From Octopus vulgaris (Eukaryota): 64,000 nt of DNA. This document shows positions 50,216 through 62,981 of this stretch, piece after piece. The notes below the pieces were generated by a model, which worked only from the letters and a program-made list of their open reading frames with translations, had not been told where the DNA came from and ran no database searches. The position numbers and the translations under genes were made by a program. Every line of letters starts with the position of its first letter. The first letter of the stretch is position 1. The stretch lies in the NCBI GenBank assembly GCA_951406725.2, contig OX597817.1, forward strand, positions 99,138,001 to 99,202,000, written 5' to 3'.

Positions 50216-51497
50216 TGAGGGGCGTTCAATAAGTAATGCCCCTGACCCACTTCCCATAGCAGTAGAGCAACGAAACTTGGCACAGTTATTAGTCTTTTTC
50301 TACATAGGAACCACCCAGAGTTACGCATTTCTCCCATTGTTTGATGCAGCTCTGAAGACCGTTTTTGTAGAAGACCCCAGCTTGGTCCTCCAACCACAAC
50401 GTGACTTCAGAAATCAAGGCTGCATCATCTGGGAAACGCTTTCCTTTCAAAAACAACTTCATGGCTGGGAAGAGGTGAAAATCAGAGGGTGCAGGTCAGG
50501 AGATGGGGGATGAGTTCATAGCCGCACGCCTGTGCTTCTGATCTGGCGACACGCGAGTTGTGGATCGGAGCGTTGTCCTGCAGGAGGAGGATGCCTTTGC
50601 TGATCTTGCCCCGCCTCTTGATTTTGATAGCTTCTCTTAATTTCCTCAAAAGTGAAGCATAATAGACTCCTGTAATTGTGGCACCCTTTGCCAAGAAATC
50701 TGTCATCACTACTCCGTCCTGGTCCCAGAAGACTGTGAGCATGACCTTGCCAGCAGAGGGCTGCACCCTTGCCTTCTTTGGAGGAGGTGAGTCACGGTGC
50801 TTCTACTGCATTGACTGGGCTTTGGTCTCTGGATCATAGTGATGGACCCAGGTTTCATCCTGTGTAATCAGTCTTTTGAAAAATTTTGACTCATCTTCTT
50901 GGCACATCTTCAAATTCATCCTTGCGCTATCGACGCATTCTTGCTTCTGGAAAGGTGTGAGCAGCCTGGGAATCAATCTGGCAGACACCTTTTGCATATG
51001 CAAATGGTCATGAATGATAGTTTCCACAGACCCGGTACTAATCCTTGACCTCATGGGCTATTTGGCGAATAGTTATGCGTCGATCTTCCAAAATGGCAGC
51101 CTCAACTTGACGGACAGATGCCTCATCAATGGCAGAAGGGGTCGACCAGATCTGGGAGCTGTTTCCACAAAGTTCCGACCATGTTTGAATTCACGATGCC
51201 AGCGTTTTACAAGGTCATATGATGGGGCATCATCAACATAAGTTACTTTTATTTCATCAAAAGTCTCCCGTGGTGTGCGTCCTTTCAAATACAAAAACCG
51301 CATCACTGCTCGACACTCAACAGGCTCCGTTTCACACTTGACTCAGTTCAAACACCTGTAAATCAGAAACCACAATTAGTTCATAGCTGTAATTTGCCAC
51401 TTAATCTATAGAGATATAGGTAATTGCACATGCAAAATTTCAGCTAGATCAAACAACTGCAAGTGGGTCAGAGGCATTACTTATTGAACGCCCCTCG
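50216..51497 (-). mobile_element. Full-length mariner transposon with disrupted transposase
   Basis: TIRs GAGGGGCGTTCAATAAGTAATGCC, TA TSDs; IPRLLT, DETWVHHYDPETK, QDNAP. Confidence 0.95.
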
Positions 51498-51919
51498 TAA
51501 TAATCAATTTAGGTTTATAAGAGTAAAAATAAATGGCAGTGAAATAAAATTTATGTTTATGTGTGTATGCACATGCATGTATGTGTATATGTATATATGG
51601 ATGTCATTATTTATGTATTAGTTAGTATGTGTATGTGTATATAGATGTTTCCTTCTAAAGTTACTTCATTAGTTTGTAAGTGTCTATGTATATTATTGAA
51701 AGGTTATCAAAGCAGTTATATTATTGTTTATATTTAGTTATTGATTTCTAGTTATTATATAGAATAGTACTATATATTTATATCAGAGTGACCTTCTCCT
51801 CGAGACATGCTTTAACAAAAGCTGAGGGGGCGCCTCACTCTCAGTGGTCTTTCAGCACGCCAGACACCACCCCGGAATTTCTGCGTATCCGTGCTATGCT
51901 GCTTTTACTCATGCTTTTG

Positions 51920-53016
51920 CTAAGGTTAGCTCTCTGGGAATATATGTCAGATATCGATCTTCTGGCCACCTCTTTAATCTTCGCCGATTTTGCTGCCAAT
52001 TCAAAGGTTTCCCAGTCTATTATTCGTGACCTCCTTTATGCAGATAACTGTGACTTAGTCACTCATACAGTGGATGACATGCAAATACTCATGAATTGCA
52101 TTTCTGCTTCTTGCATGGCATTTGGACTCAGCATTAGCCTGGACAAGACTGTTGTAATGTTCCAGCCTGCACCAGGAAATCCATATATAGAACCAGCTAT
52201 CTTGGTTGAAGGAACAATTCTGAAGGTAGTAGACAAGTTTGTCAACCTGGCCAGCACATTCAGCCGTTCTTGCTCCCTGGATGAGGAAATATCTTTCAGG
52301 TTGCAGAGAGCAACTAATTCCTTCCGGTCTCTTCAGTCTCGTGTCTGGTCCCAACATGGCATCGCAAGGAGAACAAAAGTTGCTGTGTACCGTGCTTGTG
52401 TACTGACGTCGCTTCTCTACTCATGTCAGGTAAGGGTCCTTGAACGTTTTCATCAGAGATGTCTCCGACACATTCTCAAAGTTGGCTGGACCTCAAAAGT
52501 TCCAGATACACAGATCCTGAGGATATCTTGAGTATTGAGGCGATGGTGCACAAGCACTGGTTGCATTGGACTGGACACCTTATTAGAATGAAGGATAGAA
52601 GGATTCCTAAGCAGATGCTCTATGGAGAACTTGTGAATGGAAGGAGACTCCGACAGAAACCAAGGCTGCGATTTAAGGACTGTGTCAAGTCCTCATTAAA
52701 GGCCTGTGATATGCAGGACACTGACTGGGAGAACAATGGCTGTCATCGCCACAGATGGAGGAAGCAGGTTAAGGAAGGGATTGACACTTTTGAGAGAGCA
52801 CGTATCCAGCATGAAGAACTTAAGCGAGCTGCGCATGGCTCGTATAGTGAATGGGGAAAGCTTGGTCTGCAATGTTTGCAGTCGTGTATGCTTGTCAACA
52901 GCAGGGCTCATTAGCCACCAACGGAGCCGCAAATGCAAAATATAAATTAGTCCTAGAGCGCACAATGTTCCTGAAGGTCAGCAATGGTCTTCCTCGGTCA
53001 CGAGTGGACAGCCATC
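51920..53016 (+). mobile_element. RTE (BovB-like) LINE 3' part; second 3' fragment at 56788-57034
   Basis: LLYADNC, FGLSISLDKT, RIPKQMLYGEL, RFKD; terminal C2H2 CNVC..SHQRS. Confidence 0.88.
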
Positions 53017-53889
53017 ATTATATATTTATATGTATATTGGGATGGGACATCTGATATTCATATGTAGGCCTAGGTTTTATATATATATATATGATTAGTA
53101 CATGGATTTATTTGGTGTATTACATACAAAATTGGTGTTACTGATTATTTATAGTATTTATATCTAAATTAAAATACATTACATTATGTGATTAATTAAT
53201 AGAGATCAATACTCAATATTATTATTAAACTGATATTAAAGTATTATATAATATAATATAGTATATGTTATCTACATTTATAATATATTTAACCTGTTAG
53301 GTTTATAAATTCAGTTATATTAATTTTGCTTAAATTTTTAATGTATATATCCATAATATCTGTATCAAAATTAAAATGTATTATATTATTTGGTTAATTA
53401 GTAAAGGTCAATAATCAATATTCTAGTATTATATAATATAATATAGTATATGTCATTTATATTCATGTTGTTTTAACCTATGTATGTTTAATATTTTTAT
53501 CTAAATTAAAAAGTATTGTATTATCTGAAAGATAGTAAAGGTTAATATTTGATATTATTATTAAAATGAAATTTAAGCATCATATAATATAATATAGTAT
53601 ATGTTATTTATATCATTTTAAATTATTTTAATCAGTTTGGTTTTTAAATTAAACTAAAGTTATAATATGTTTGTATTTTTAATGTTTGGTTTTATTTATT
53701 TATTTTTTAGATTTATTTAATTTTCTGAAGTATATTTAGGTTAATCACAATAAATTACAACATTCACTTTCTCCAAGTTAATTAATTTGTGTTCAGATGT
53801 TACATACTTTATTTTATGCTTATTTTATATAATGCCTATATTTATAATTTTCAGTTTAATTATATATTATTAATTTACTAATTAAATCT

Positions 53890-54620
53890 TATAAAAATAT
53901 ATTTTGAGTAGTGGCAACAAGCTACAATATTCTCTTTCCTAGAATTAATCAATTTATGCTTAGATTTTATTTGAAAAATCTCTTCAGTACATAATTAACA
54001 TTTCTTATTTGAAATTTGATAAGCTCTGGCATGGCTTACAACCTCCCATTTAATCATATAATCATTCCAATTGTCCTTTAACATCCATATAAATTTGCTG
54101 AAACTAGTTTTATCAATTTTATGCCTGTTTCTAAAACAACTTTCATGGTTCACAATTATTCATTTAAATCTTGTTTCAGTTGAACCTATGTAATGCTATT
54201 CTTTTCCTTCAGATTCAACTATACACCTATATACTAGGTTATCTTGTTTACCATTATTATTAAGTTTACAATTTTCTTTAATCCTACAATCATAATTTAT
54301 AATAACATCATTAGTTTCATTTTTATTATTCCTATTATTTGGGTTAAGAAGGGAGTTAATATGGGTTATATGCCTTCCATTCTTTTAATTTACTCTAATG
54401 TCATTTCTATTTAAATTGCAATTGTTATGAAAAGTATCTAATTTTCTATTATTAATTGAGGATATAATTGCAAAAATATTCTTTGATAGGGAATGACCAA
54501 CTTTTATAGATTTATTGAAATGCTTCTGGATTGATCGATAAATAGATTTGACTATCTATAATACATTAAAAGTCAGTTTTAATCTTGCTTGTTTGCAATG
54601 TTAGTGAAACTGGAGCTTAA
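53890..54620 (-). mobile_element. Degenerate Penelope-like GIY-YIG fragment
   Basis: Manual translation with stops: CRIKENCKL..LVYRCIV..YIGSTETRFK..NHESCF..KFIW.LK..IKW..LCTEE. Confidence 0.75.
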
Positions 54621-55018
54621 TGGGAAAATACCATGAATTAATTTTGTTGTGTCTGAGGAGAATCATTCTCTTTTAGTGCCTTATTATTTAACACAATCAC
54701 CAGTCATTTACTTATCCACTCATTTACTTAATCCAAAATTAAACCATGAATTAAGTTTACCTTGAAATGTTAATATGAAACAAGTTTCGCATAAATTGGT
54801 AAAGTAGTTTTCTAGATACTAGAGATTTTCCGAGTATAAACTACCCAAATGGTGCATAATGGGAAAATGTTCCGAAAATAATCTTCATCCTGAAAGGGAA
54901 GAAACTCTTATCTTTCTATTAGACTGTGATTTTTTTTTCAAGTGCATTCATGTAATAAACACGCTTACACATTCTTAGTCTACTGGAGTGTTTCAACTGA
55001 TCAAAATGTAGTATCTGT

Positions 55019-55139
55019 ATTGTCCTTTTTCATGCCCTGAAGATTTTTTCACCCAAGTATTTTGAAATGCAAACTTATATAATTATATATGTTTTGTAAT
55101 TTAAATTGGATTTGAAATGAAACAATTGTAGGTGACAAT
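55019..55139 (+). ncRNA. Type-I hammerhead with a long AT-rich stem II
   Basis: CTGAAGA at 55037-55043; GAAAC-AATT-GTA at 55119-55130; stem I GCC/GGT plus ATTGTC/GACAAT. Confidence 0.65.
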
Positions 55140-55347
55140 GATAGTTAATTAATAATTAGTGATGATATCCACTGAATCTCTCTATTTTCAAGATTAATAA
55201 TATTTGTTATTTTATGATATTTTTTAATATATTCATTTTATGATATTTTATATCTTCATTGAAGAAATATCTCTTCAAAATATAATATATTAAACCAGGG
55301 TATCCTTCATAAAAAATATTCCTATAAGAGGTCTAAATATCCTCAGT

Positions 55348-55386
<39 letters not shown>

Positions 55387-55462
55387 CATCATCATTGTCG
55401 TTTAACACTTGCCATTCTTGCTAGCATATATATGTGTGTGTATGTGTGTCTGTGTGTGTATA

Positions 55463-56681
55463 CAGGGGTTGGACAAAATAATGGAAACACCTAGCATCAT
55501 AATTTTGAATTAGCTACAAAACCGTCAAAAACTTGTTTATTTTTATGTTTTTTTATTTATTATTAGTGTTACTTAATATGTTTTGCTAAAATTGCTGTTT
55601 CTTTTCAGATACCATCAAAAAAAGGTAATTAAAATGAATTAAAATGACAGATCTATTGGACTTTCAAAGAGGTCAAATTGTTGGTGCTCGTATGGTTGGA
55701 ACTAGTTTAATGAAAATAGCTGAAATGTTTGGTGTATCAAGAAGTACTGTCTCAAAAGTAATGACAGCTTTTGAAAAAGAAGGAAAAACCTCCTTGTCGA
55801 AACAAAACTCCAGAAGAAAACCAAAACTTTCAAATAGGGACCGTTGGACTCCTATGCGAATTGTTAGAAAGGATCACAAAAATAAAGTTCCCAAAATTAA
55901 TGACCACCTCGAGAACTCAGTTTCCACAAAAACTGTTCGCAAGGAGCTGCACAAAGCTGGATTTCATGGGAGGGCTGCAATCAGAAAACCCCCACTTTCA
56001 AAAACAAATGTTGCAAAGTGTTTAGAGTGGAGTAAAAACCTACAGAATTGGTCCCTAGAGCAGTAGAAGAATCTTATTTTCTTGGACAAGTCATCCTTTA
56101 CTATATTTCCAACCTCCAGCCACTTATACGTGAGGAGATAGCCAAAAGAAGCAATTGACCCAGACTGCCTTCTTCCAACTGTTAAACATGGAGGAGGATC
56201 TGTGATGATCTGGGGAGCTATATCTTGCAAATCCGCCAGCCCAATGGTTTCCCTTCATAGCAGAATTAATAGTCAAGACTATTTAAGCATTTTATCTGAT
56301 CAAATTCATCCTATGGTTGTGAAACACAATCTTTCAGGATGATAATGCACCAATTGACACAGCTAAAGTTGTTACTGAATGACACAAGGAACATTCTAGT
56401 GAAGATGAACATGTTATCTGGCCACCACAGTCTCCAGATCTCAATATTATGGAACATTTATGATGCATTTTAGAAAAACAAGTGAGGAGTCAATATCCTC
56501 CACCATCATCACTACAAGACCTGAAGAATGGACAAAAATTCCTTTGGAAATAATTCAAACTTTGTACGAGTCCATACCTCATAGAATTCAAGGTGTAATT
56601 ACTGCCAAAGGCGGTCATACCCCATATTAAAATAAGTTTGTTTGAAATTTTAAGTGTTTCCATTATTTTGTCAAACCCGTG
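55463..56681 (+). mobile_element. Full-length Tc1 transposon with disrupted transposase at about 55644-56629
   Basis: TIRs CAGGGGTTGGACAAAATAATGGAAACAC, TA TSDs; FQRGQIVG, PTVKHGGGSVMIWG, QDDNAP, WPPQSPDLN. Confidence 0.95.
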
Positions 56682-57043
56682 TATATGTATATATATATAT
56701 GTATGTATATGTAAGTATGTATGTATGTATGTATGTATGTATGTATGTATGTATGTATGTATGTATTTATGTATGTATGTATGTATAGGTTAAGGAGGGG
56801 ATCGACACTTTTGAGAGAGCACGTATCCAGCATGAAGAACTTAAGCGAGCTGCGCATGGCTCGTATAGTGAATGGGGAAAGCTTGGTCTGCAATGTTTGC
56901 AGTCGTGTATGCTTGTCAAGAGCAGGGCTCCTTAGCCACCAACGGAGCCGCAAATGCAAAATATAAGTTAGTACTAGAGCGCACAATGTTCCTGAAGGTT
57001 GGCAATGGTCTTCTTCGGTCACGAGCGGACGGCCATATATGTA

Positions 57044-57218
<175 letters not shown>

Positions 57219-57479
57219 GCTATCTCTATATATATGTGTGTGTATCTATACATAGGTGTATATATATCATTCATGACCATAATGCTTATGCTTACAATGC
57301 TACTAGCACCAGCTCCTATATCCAGTAGGAGCAACATTCTTAACATGCTTGAATGTTGTCAGGTTGGAAGAGAGGAAGAAGAGAGAAAAGATGGAGCATG
57401 CCTAACAAACGAACATCACCACAACAACCCTCTTCTTTTCAGGCACTGAATAACATCTCTCCTCCTCAAACCTCACTTC

Positions 57480-59935
57480 ACATCCCCTTCCCAGTTTTCA
57501 GAGTTGACACAATGAAAGGTAGGTCTAGTGAGATTGTAGAGATGCTTGGAAGGAGATGGGTTGATGTATGCTGCATACAAGAGGTAAGATGGAGAGGTGC
57601 TTCAGCTAGGGTCCTCACTGGCAAGGCACATAGGTACAAATTCTTCTGGCAAAGTAACATGGATGGTGTAGGGGTGTAGGCATTCTTCTCTCAGAGAAAT
57701 GGGTGGATAAGGTCATAGAGGTTGTTAGGGTATGCGATAGAGTGCTTAAGATTAGGCTAGTCTTACAAAATAGCACAGCTACTATCATCTCCACCTACGC
57801 CCCACATACGGGGCTACCAAATGATCAGAAGGACCACTTTTATGACACCCTTCTACAGGCTACCTCAAAGACGAGCAACAATGACATCATTTTTGTGGCT
57901 GGAGACTTTAATGGGCATGTCGGGCGGGAAACAGGTATCTTCACTGGGGTACACGGTGGCCATGGTATTGGCACCCAAAACGATGAGGGACCAGGCAACT
58001 GGAGTTCTGTGATGCATGTAACCTTTTAATCAGCAACGCTAACTTCAGGAAGCCAGAGAGCCACCTTGTAACCTATCAATCAGGGGACTCCGCTAGCCAG
58101 ATTGATTTCATCCTCACCAGACAGTGGGATGCAGGGTTGCTCTTAAATACAAAGACCCTCCTGTACCCACAGCATAGGCTAGTCATTAGTGACTTTAGTC
58201 TCGAGGCCAGAAGGATACCAAGAAGCAGACCAATCCAAAAAAGAAGGATTTGGAGGTTAAAGAACCCTTCACATGGTCAGAGATTTAGGGACATCCTCAT
58301 CAAGAAATTTGATGAGAAGAAGGAGGAGCTACAGACAATGGACATAGAAGGTAGCTGGAAATTCCTACAAGACAGCTTGCTGAGTGCCACAGACCAAGTC
58401 TGTGGCTGGTGCAAAGTCCCTTCCAGACCTAGAGTTATGTGGCGGTAGAATAGTATGGTAGACAAAGCCATTAGGGCAAAGAAACAGGCCTGGAAAGCCT
58501 GGAGGGATGGGGGTAGCAGGGAACTGTACCAGGTAGCCAAAAGGGAGGCTGGGCGGCAGGTATACATAGCCAAGAGCGAAGCGGGAAAGAAGAAGTTTGC
58601 CAATGTCCAGCGACATGAGGACCAAAGAACTGAGGTATTTCGGATCGCAAGACAGTGTGTGAGAGAAAATTGTGATGTCACAGGAGAGAAATGCTTCCGC
58701 ATGGATGATGGTGCACTTGCTTTTAATGATTCTGAAAAGAAAGAGGCTTGGAGAAGCCATTATGAAAGACTGCTGAATGTAGAGAATGAATGGGAGGAGG
58801 AGAGCCTGCCAAATGTTGACCCAGTAGAAGGACCAGCTACCCGTATAGACAGCTCCGTAGTAGATAAAGCAATTAAGGGTATGAAGCCAGGAAAAGCCCC
58901 CGGCCCATCAGGAATCACTGCTGAGATGCTTAAAATATCTAGCTACCTGCATTGTAAACCAGGTACTTCATGATGGAGTCATACCCAATGACTGGCGTAG
59001 CAGTACCATAGTCAACTGCTACAAGGGTAAAGGTGATGCTCTAGATAGAAATAACTACAGGGGTATCAAACTGCTGGATCAGGTAATGAACGTCACGGAG
59101 AGTGTCATAGCCCATCTCATCAGGGAGAGAGTCTGCTTAGTTGAGATGCAGTTCGGTTTTGTGCCGGGTAGAAGCACCACTGATGTCATATTCCTGGTTC
59201 GACAACTGCAGCAGAAATACCTAGCCAAAGATATACTTAGCTTTTGTGGACTTGCAGAAAGCCTTTGACAGGGTGCCCCAATCCCTCATCTGGTGGGCAA
59301 TGCAGAAACTGGAGATTGATGAATGGTTAATAAGGGCTGTACAGGCTCTTTACAGAGAGGCTGTTAGTAAGGTTAGGATTGGCAATGAGTACGGTGAAGA
59401 ATTCCGGGTAGAAGTTGGCATCCACCTAGGCTCAGACCTCAGTCCCCTTCTATTCATCATAGTCCTCCAGGCAATATCAGAGGAATTCAAGACGGGTTGC
59501 CCCTGGGAGCTCCTCTATGCTGATGACCTAGCCCTTGTAGAAGAATCAGTACTGGAACTAGAAAAGAAATTTCGGATGTGGAAGCAAGGTTTAGAATCAA
59601 AAGGCCTTAGAGTCAATGTAGCAAAGACCAAAGTTATAGTAAGTAGGAAGGCAAACTCATCACACACCCCTTCAGGTAGGTGGCCCTGCTCGATCTGTAG
59701 AAAAGGTGTTGGTAGAAAGGTGTTGTAAGCTATGGACACATAGCAACATCAAAGGAAAAAAGTACCCACTACGCTCACAGAGTGGTTGGCGTTAGGAAGA
59801 GCATCCAGCTGTAGAAACACTGCCAGATCAGACTGGAGCCTGGTGCAGCCTCCTGGCTTCCCAGACCCTGGTCGAACCATCCAACCCATGCTAGCATGGA
59901 AAAATGGACACTAAACGATGATAATGATGATGATA
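57480..59935 (+). mobile_element. RTE-clade LINE (APE + RT), internally deleted before its 3' tail
   Basis: VDVCCIQEVRWRG, GDFNGHVG, KAPGPSG, KAFDRVP, LLYADDL; (ATG)n tail at about 59920. Confidence 0.92.
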
Positions 59936-59961
59936 TATATATATACATATGTATATATATG

Positions 59962-61350
59962 TGTATTAGAAGAAATAAGGTACTCAGAAATTTGGATGGT
60001 TTTATATTTACAGATATTTATTAGTATGTTACATGTTTTTATAAATCATATATCATATATTAGTGCTTTCGTCCACTCTAGTGGAGTTTTCAAATTGAAC
60101 TTTTGCAGGAATTTTGACTCTTTTTATAGTATTATTGAGTATGTAGGGGTGGGGAGAGATATAAGATAGTACAAGTGGGTGAGGAATGGGAAGAAAGTGA
60201 GAGAGAGCACGCGTGCATGTGTGTGTGTGTGTGTGTTTGTATCTGAAAGAGGTGTTAAAGGAAAAGAGAAGGAAAGGAAGAAGGAGAGAAAGAAGAAAAA
60301 ATTTGTTTACATTTTTGCAACTGGTCAGCCTTTCAATAGTAAATGATTCTTGGCTTTTAGAAATGGCAAACTCAAATGGCCACTTCAAGGGGGGGGGGGG
60401 GCAAAATATCACTTCTCAAAAGATTGTCTGGATTTCTTTTTATCATTGTTTTATGAGAGAGTGTGTGTGTGTGTGCACGTGTGTCTGGGGGTGCTTGTGT
60501 ATCTGGAAGGGGTGTCGCTGGAGAAGGGAAGAAAGAAAGAGAGGAAGAAGAAATAATTGTGTTGACATTTATATCACTGTTCAGTTCTTTCAATCCAATG
60601 TTTGATTGCTGTGCTGATATGGGTTGGAGAATCTGGATGAAAGATTGTCTATATTTATGTATATGTACATATGTGTAGTACTGTGTGTGTGTGTGTGTGT
60701 GTTTAACACAATTTACTTTACAAAATTGGTCCTTCATCAAGAAATATTTTCAGCCATTCAATTTGGGGGATAACTTTGTTATGAAGTATTTTGCCATATT
60801 TCTTCTGAAGGAGGTGTCATTCTTTGGACATTTGTAGAAGGGAAAGATCTTAAATTTTCCTTCTCCACATGTATCTAGGTGTTTACTCAGTGGAATCTTT
60901 CACAGTTCCTCCTCTCGGACATGTTATCAGTGAATTCTGGCTCGTTGGCATAAAGAATTTCCAGTTTCACCTATATAATTCTCCTTGCATGTGGGGCAGG
61001 TTATGCAGTATACTACGTTCTGCGTCTTGCAGTTCATGTCTGCATTTACTTTGAATATGTGATCACTCTTAAATTTCATTTGTTTGTCTCCGTCTATATA
61101 TTTGTAGGTGGGGTTACTCCAGATCCCACAACTACCATCTCCGCACTCTTTTACAAAGAATTCAGTTTTAGTTTCTGATGAGAATTTCGCTCTTGTTAGT
61201 TGTTTCTTCAGGTTTTTGACTTTCGTCTACTAGAGTGGACGAAAGCACTAATATATGATGTATGATTTATAAAAACATGTAACATACTAATAAATATCTG
61301 TAAATATAAAACCATCCAGATTTCTGAGTACCTCATTTCTTCTAAAATAT
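59962..61350 (-). mobile_element. Penelope-like 3' fragment with inverted pLTR
   Basis: NLKKQLTRAKF and NCKTQNVVYCITCPTCKENYIGETG on the minus strand (about 60955-61220); inverted repeats at 59962-60085 and 61226-61350. Confidence 0.85.
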
Positions 61351-61388
61351 AATACCTGTACATCATCTCCAAACCTTCTAACATATAC

Positions 61389-61471
<83 letters not shown>

Positions 61472-61561
61472 TATATATAGATTCAGATGAATATGGTACT
61501 TAAGTTGAGGCACCAGAAATTAGTGCAGTGTTATCCATACAATTTCAAAATAAGGTGATTA

Positions 61562-62955
61562 AAATCAAAATAAGCAACAAGGATATCCAGAATTAATGCA
61601 GTAAGATCGTTTCACACAACTCCATTTAAATGAACAATGCAACCATTACATCAATTTAAATGCAGAGCAATCCTCAGCTGCATAAAGACAGAATTTTTTT
61701 AAATTAGTGTAAAATTAGAATGTCATATAACATAAATATTCCTTTAGCTAATACTAGGTATCAATCTTTATTGATACAAGCTAAATAAGTAAATATATAA
61801 TTTTTAGTTTAATATATTTTGAATAATTATATATTTTCTATAAATCTTCTCTATTGTTGTTAATAAGCTACATATATTTTATCATGTATTTAGTGATTAA
61901 GCTATTTTATTCCTTTTCTATGGTGTTCTGCCCTACCTGATTATTTTGTTTCTTTATTATTTCATAATAGCATTTATTTATTTATAAAATAAACCTAATT
62001 TTTGTACCTCTATAAATTCATACTTAGCTTATATATAACAATACTAGTATATTCACTACTTATAATAAATTGCTTAGATTATAATTTAATTAATATATAG
62101 TTAGCATGTTCTTTTACCTCAGTACTCCTTTATTAAATACCAGTATATACCAATTTGATCAATATTCATAAATACCATCTGATAAGTTGGTATTTAAGTA
62201 TATAATATGTATAAATATTAAACTATTTCTAGATAATCTTTTTCCTCCCTCTATTGTGGTAAAAGTTTGGTATATACTCAAAAGTATTCAAAAGACTTTT
62301 TCTCCTTTTGTTATAATATTCTTCTTAATAATGCTCTGAATAACCCTAAGCTTTAATTTTATATAATATAACAAAATTGTTTAAAATATTTAACATGATA
62401 AAATTGTTTAAAATATTTAACATGATAAAATTTCCTCTGTTTCATTATTAATGGTCTGCTAGTGGCCTGTCCCCTTAATTGTCAGCTAATATCTTGATTT
62501 AAGTTTTCCTTTACCAAATCTCAGGATATTGGTTCTAATAAATCTTGGATTTTTATTACTATACCCACTATGATTTCTGTCAACTCCCCTAGCCCTACCC
62601 CAAACAGACATTGCCCCCTGTTCTCTCAGCCTTAGGCATACAAGGATTTGATAAAACTAGTCTATAAATTAAAACTGACCCCATAAAACAGTGACAAGCA
62701 ACATCTGATACCTTAGTAGCTCCTAAGCTGAAGTGAAGGTAGCATGTTCTTTGTCTATCTCCTTAACTTCTTGGAGATTTTAAGTAAAATTATACTAATG
62801 TGTCCATCTGTTTTAATTGAATTGAATTCTATGTCTTTGTGCAGCTGAGGATTGCTCTTCACTAAAATTGATGTAATGGTTGCATTGTTCAATTCAATGG
62901 ATTTGAAACGATCGTACTGCATTACCTCTGGAGATCCTTGTTACTTATTTTGATT
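61562..62955. mobile_element. Inverted-repeat-flanked Penelope-type remnant with a hammerhead in each arm
   Basis: 61562-61695 is the approximate reverse complement of 62826-62955. Confidence 0.8.
62840..62921 (+). ncRNA. Type-I hammerhead ribozyme; inverted twin at 61596-61684 (-)
   Basis: TGCAG-CTGAGGA-[long stem II]-GAAAC-GATC-GTA|CTGCA: perfect stem I, palindromic stem III. Confidence 0.85.
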
Positions 62956-62981
62956 ATACACACACACACACGTATATATGT

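Noticed and set aside
61174-61200. CTGATGAG..CTC on the plus strand
   Set aside because: It is the antisense of Penelope coding sequence (LTRAKFSSET), and no GAAA follows.
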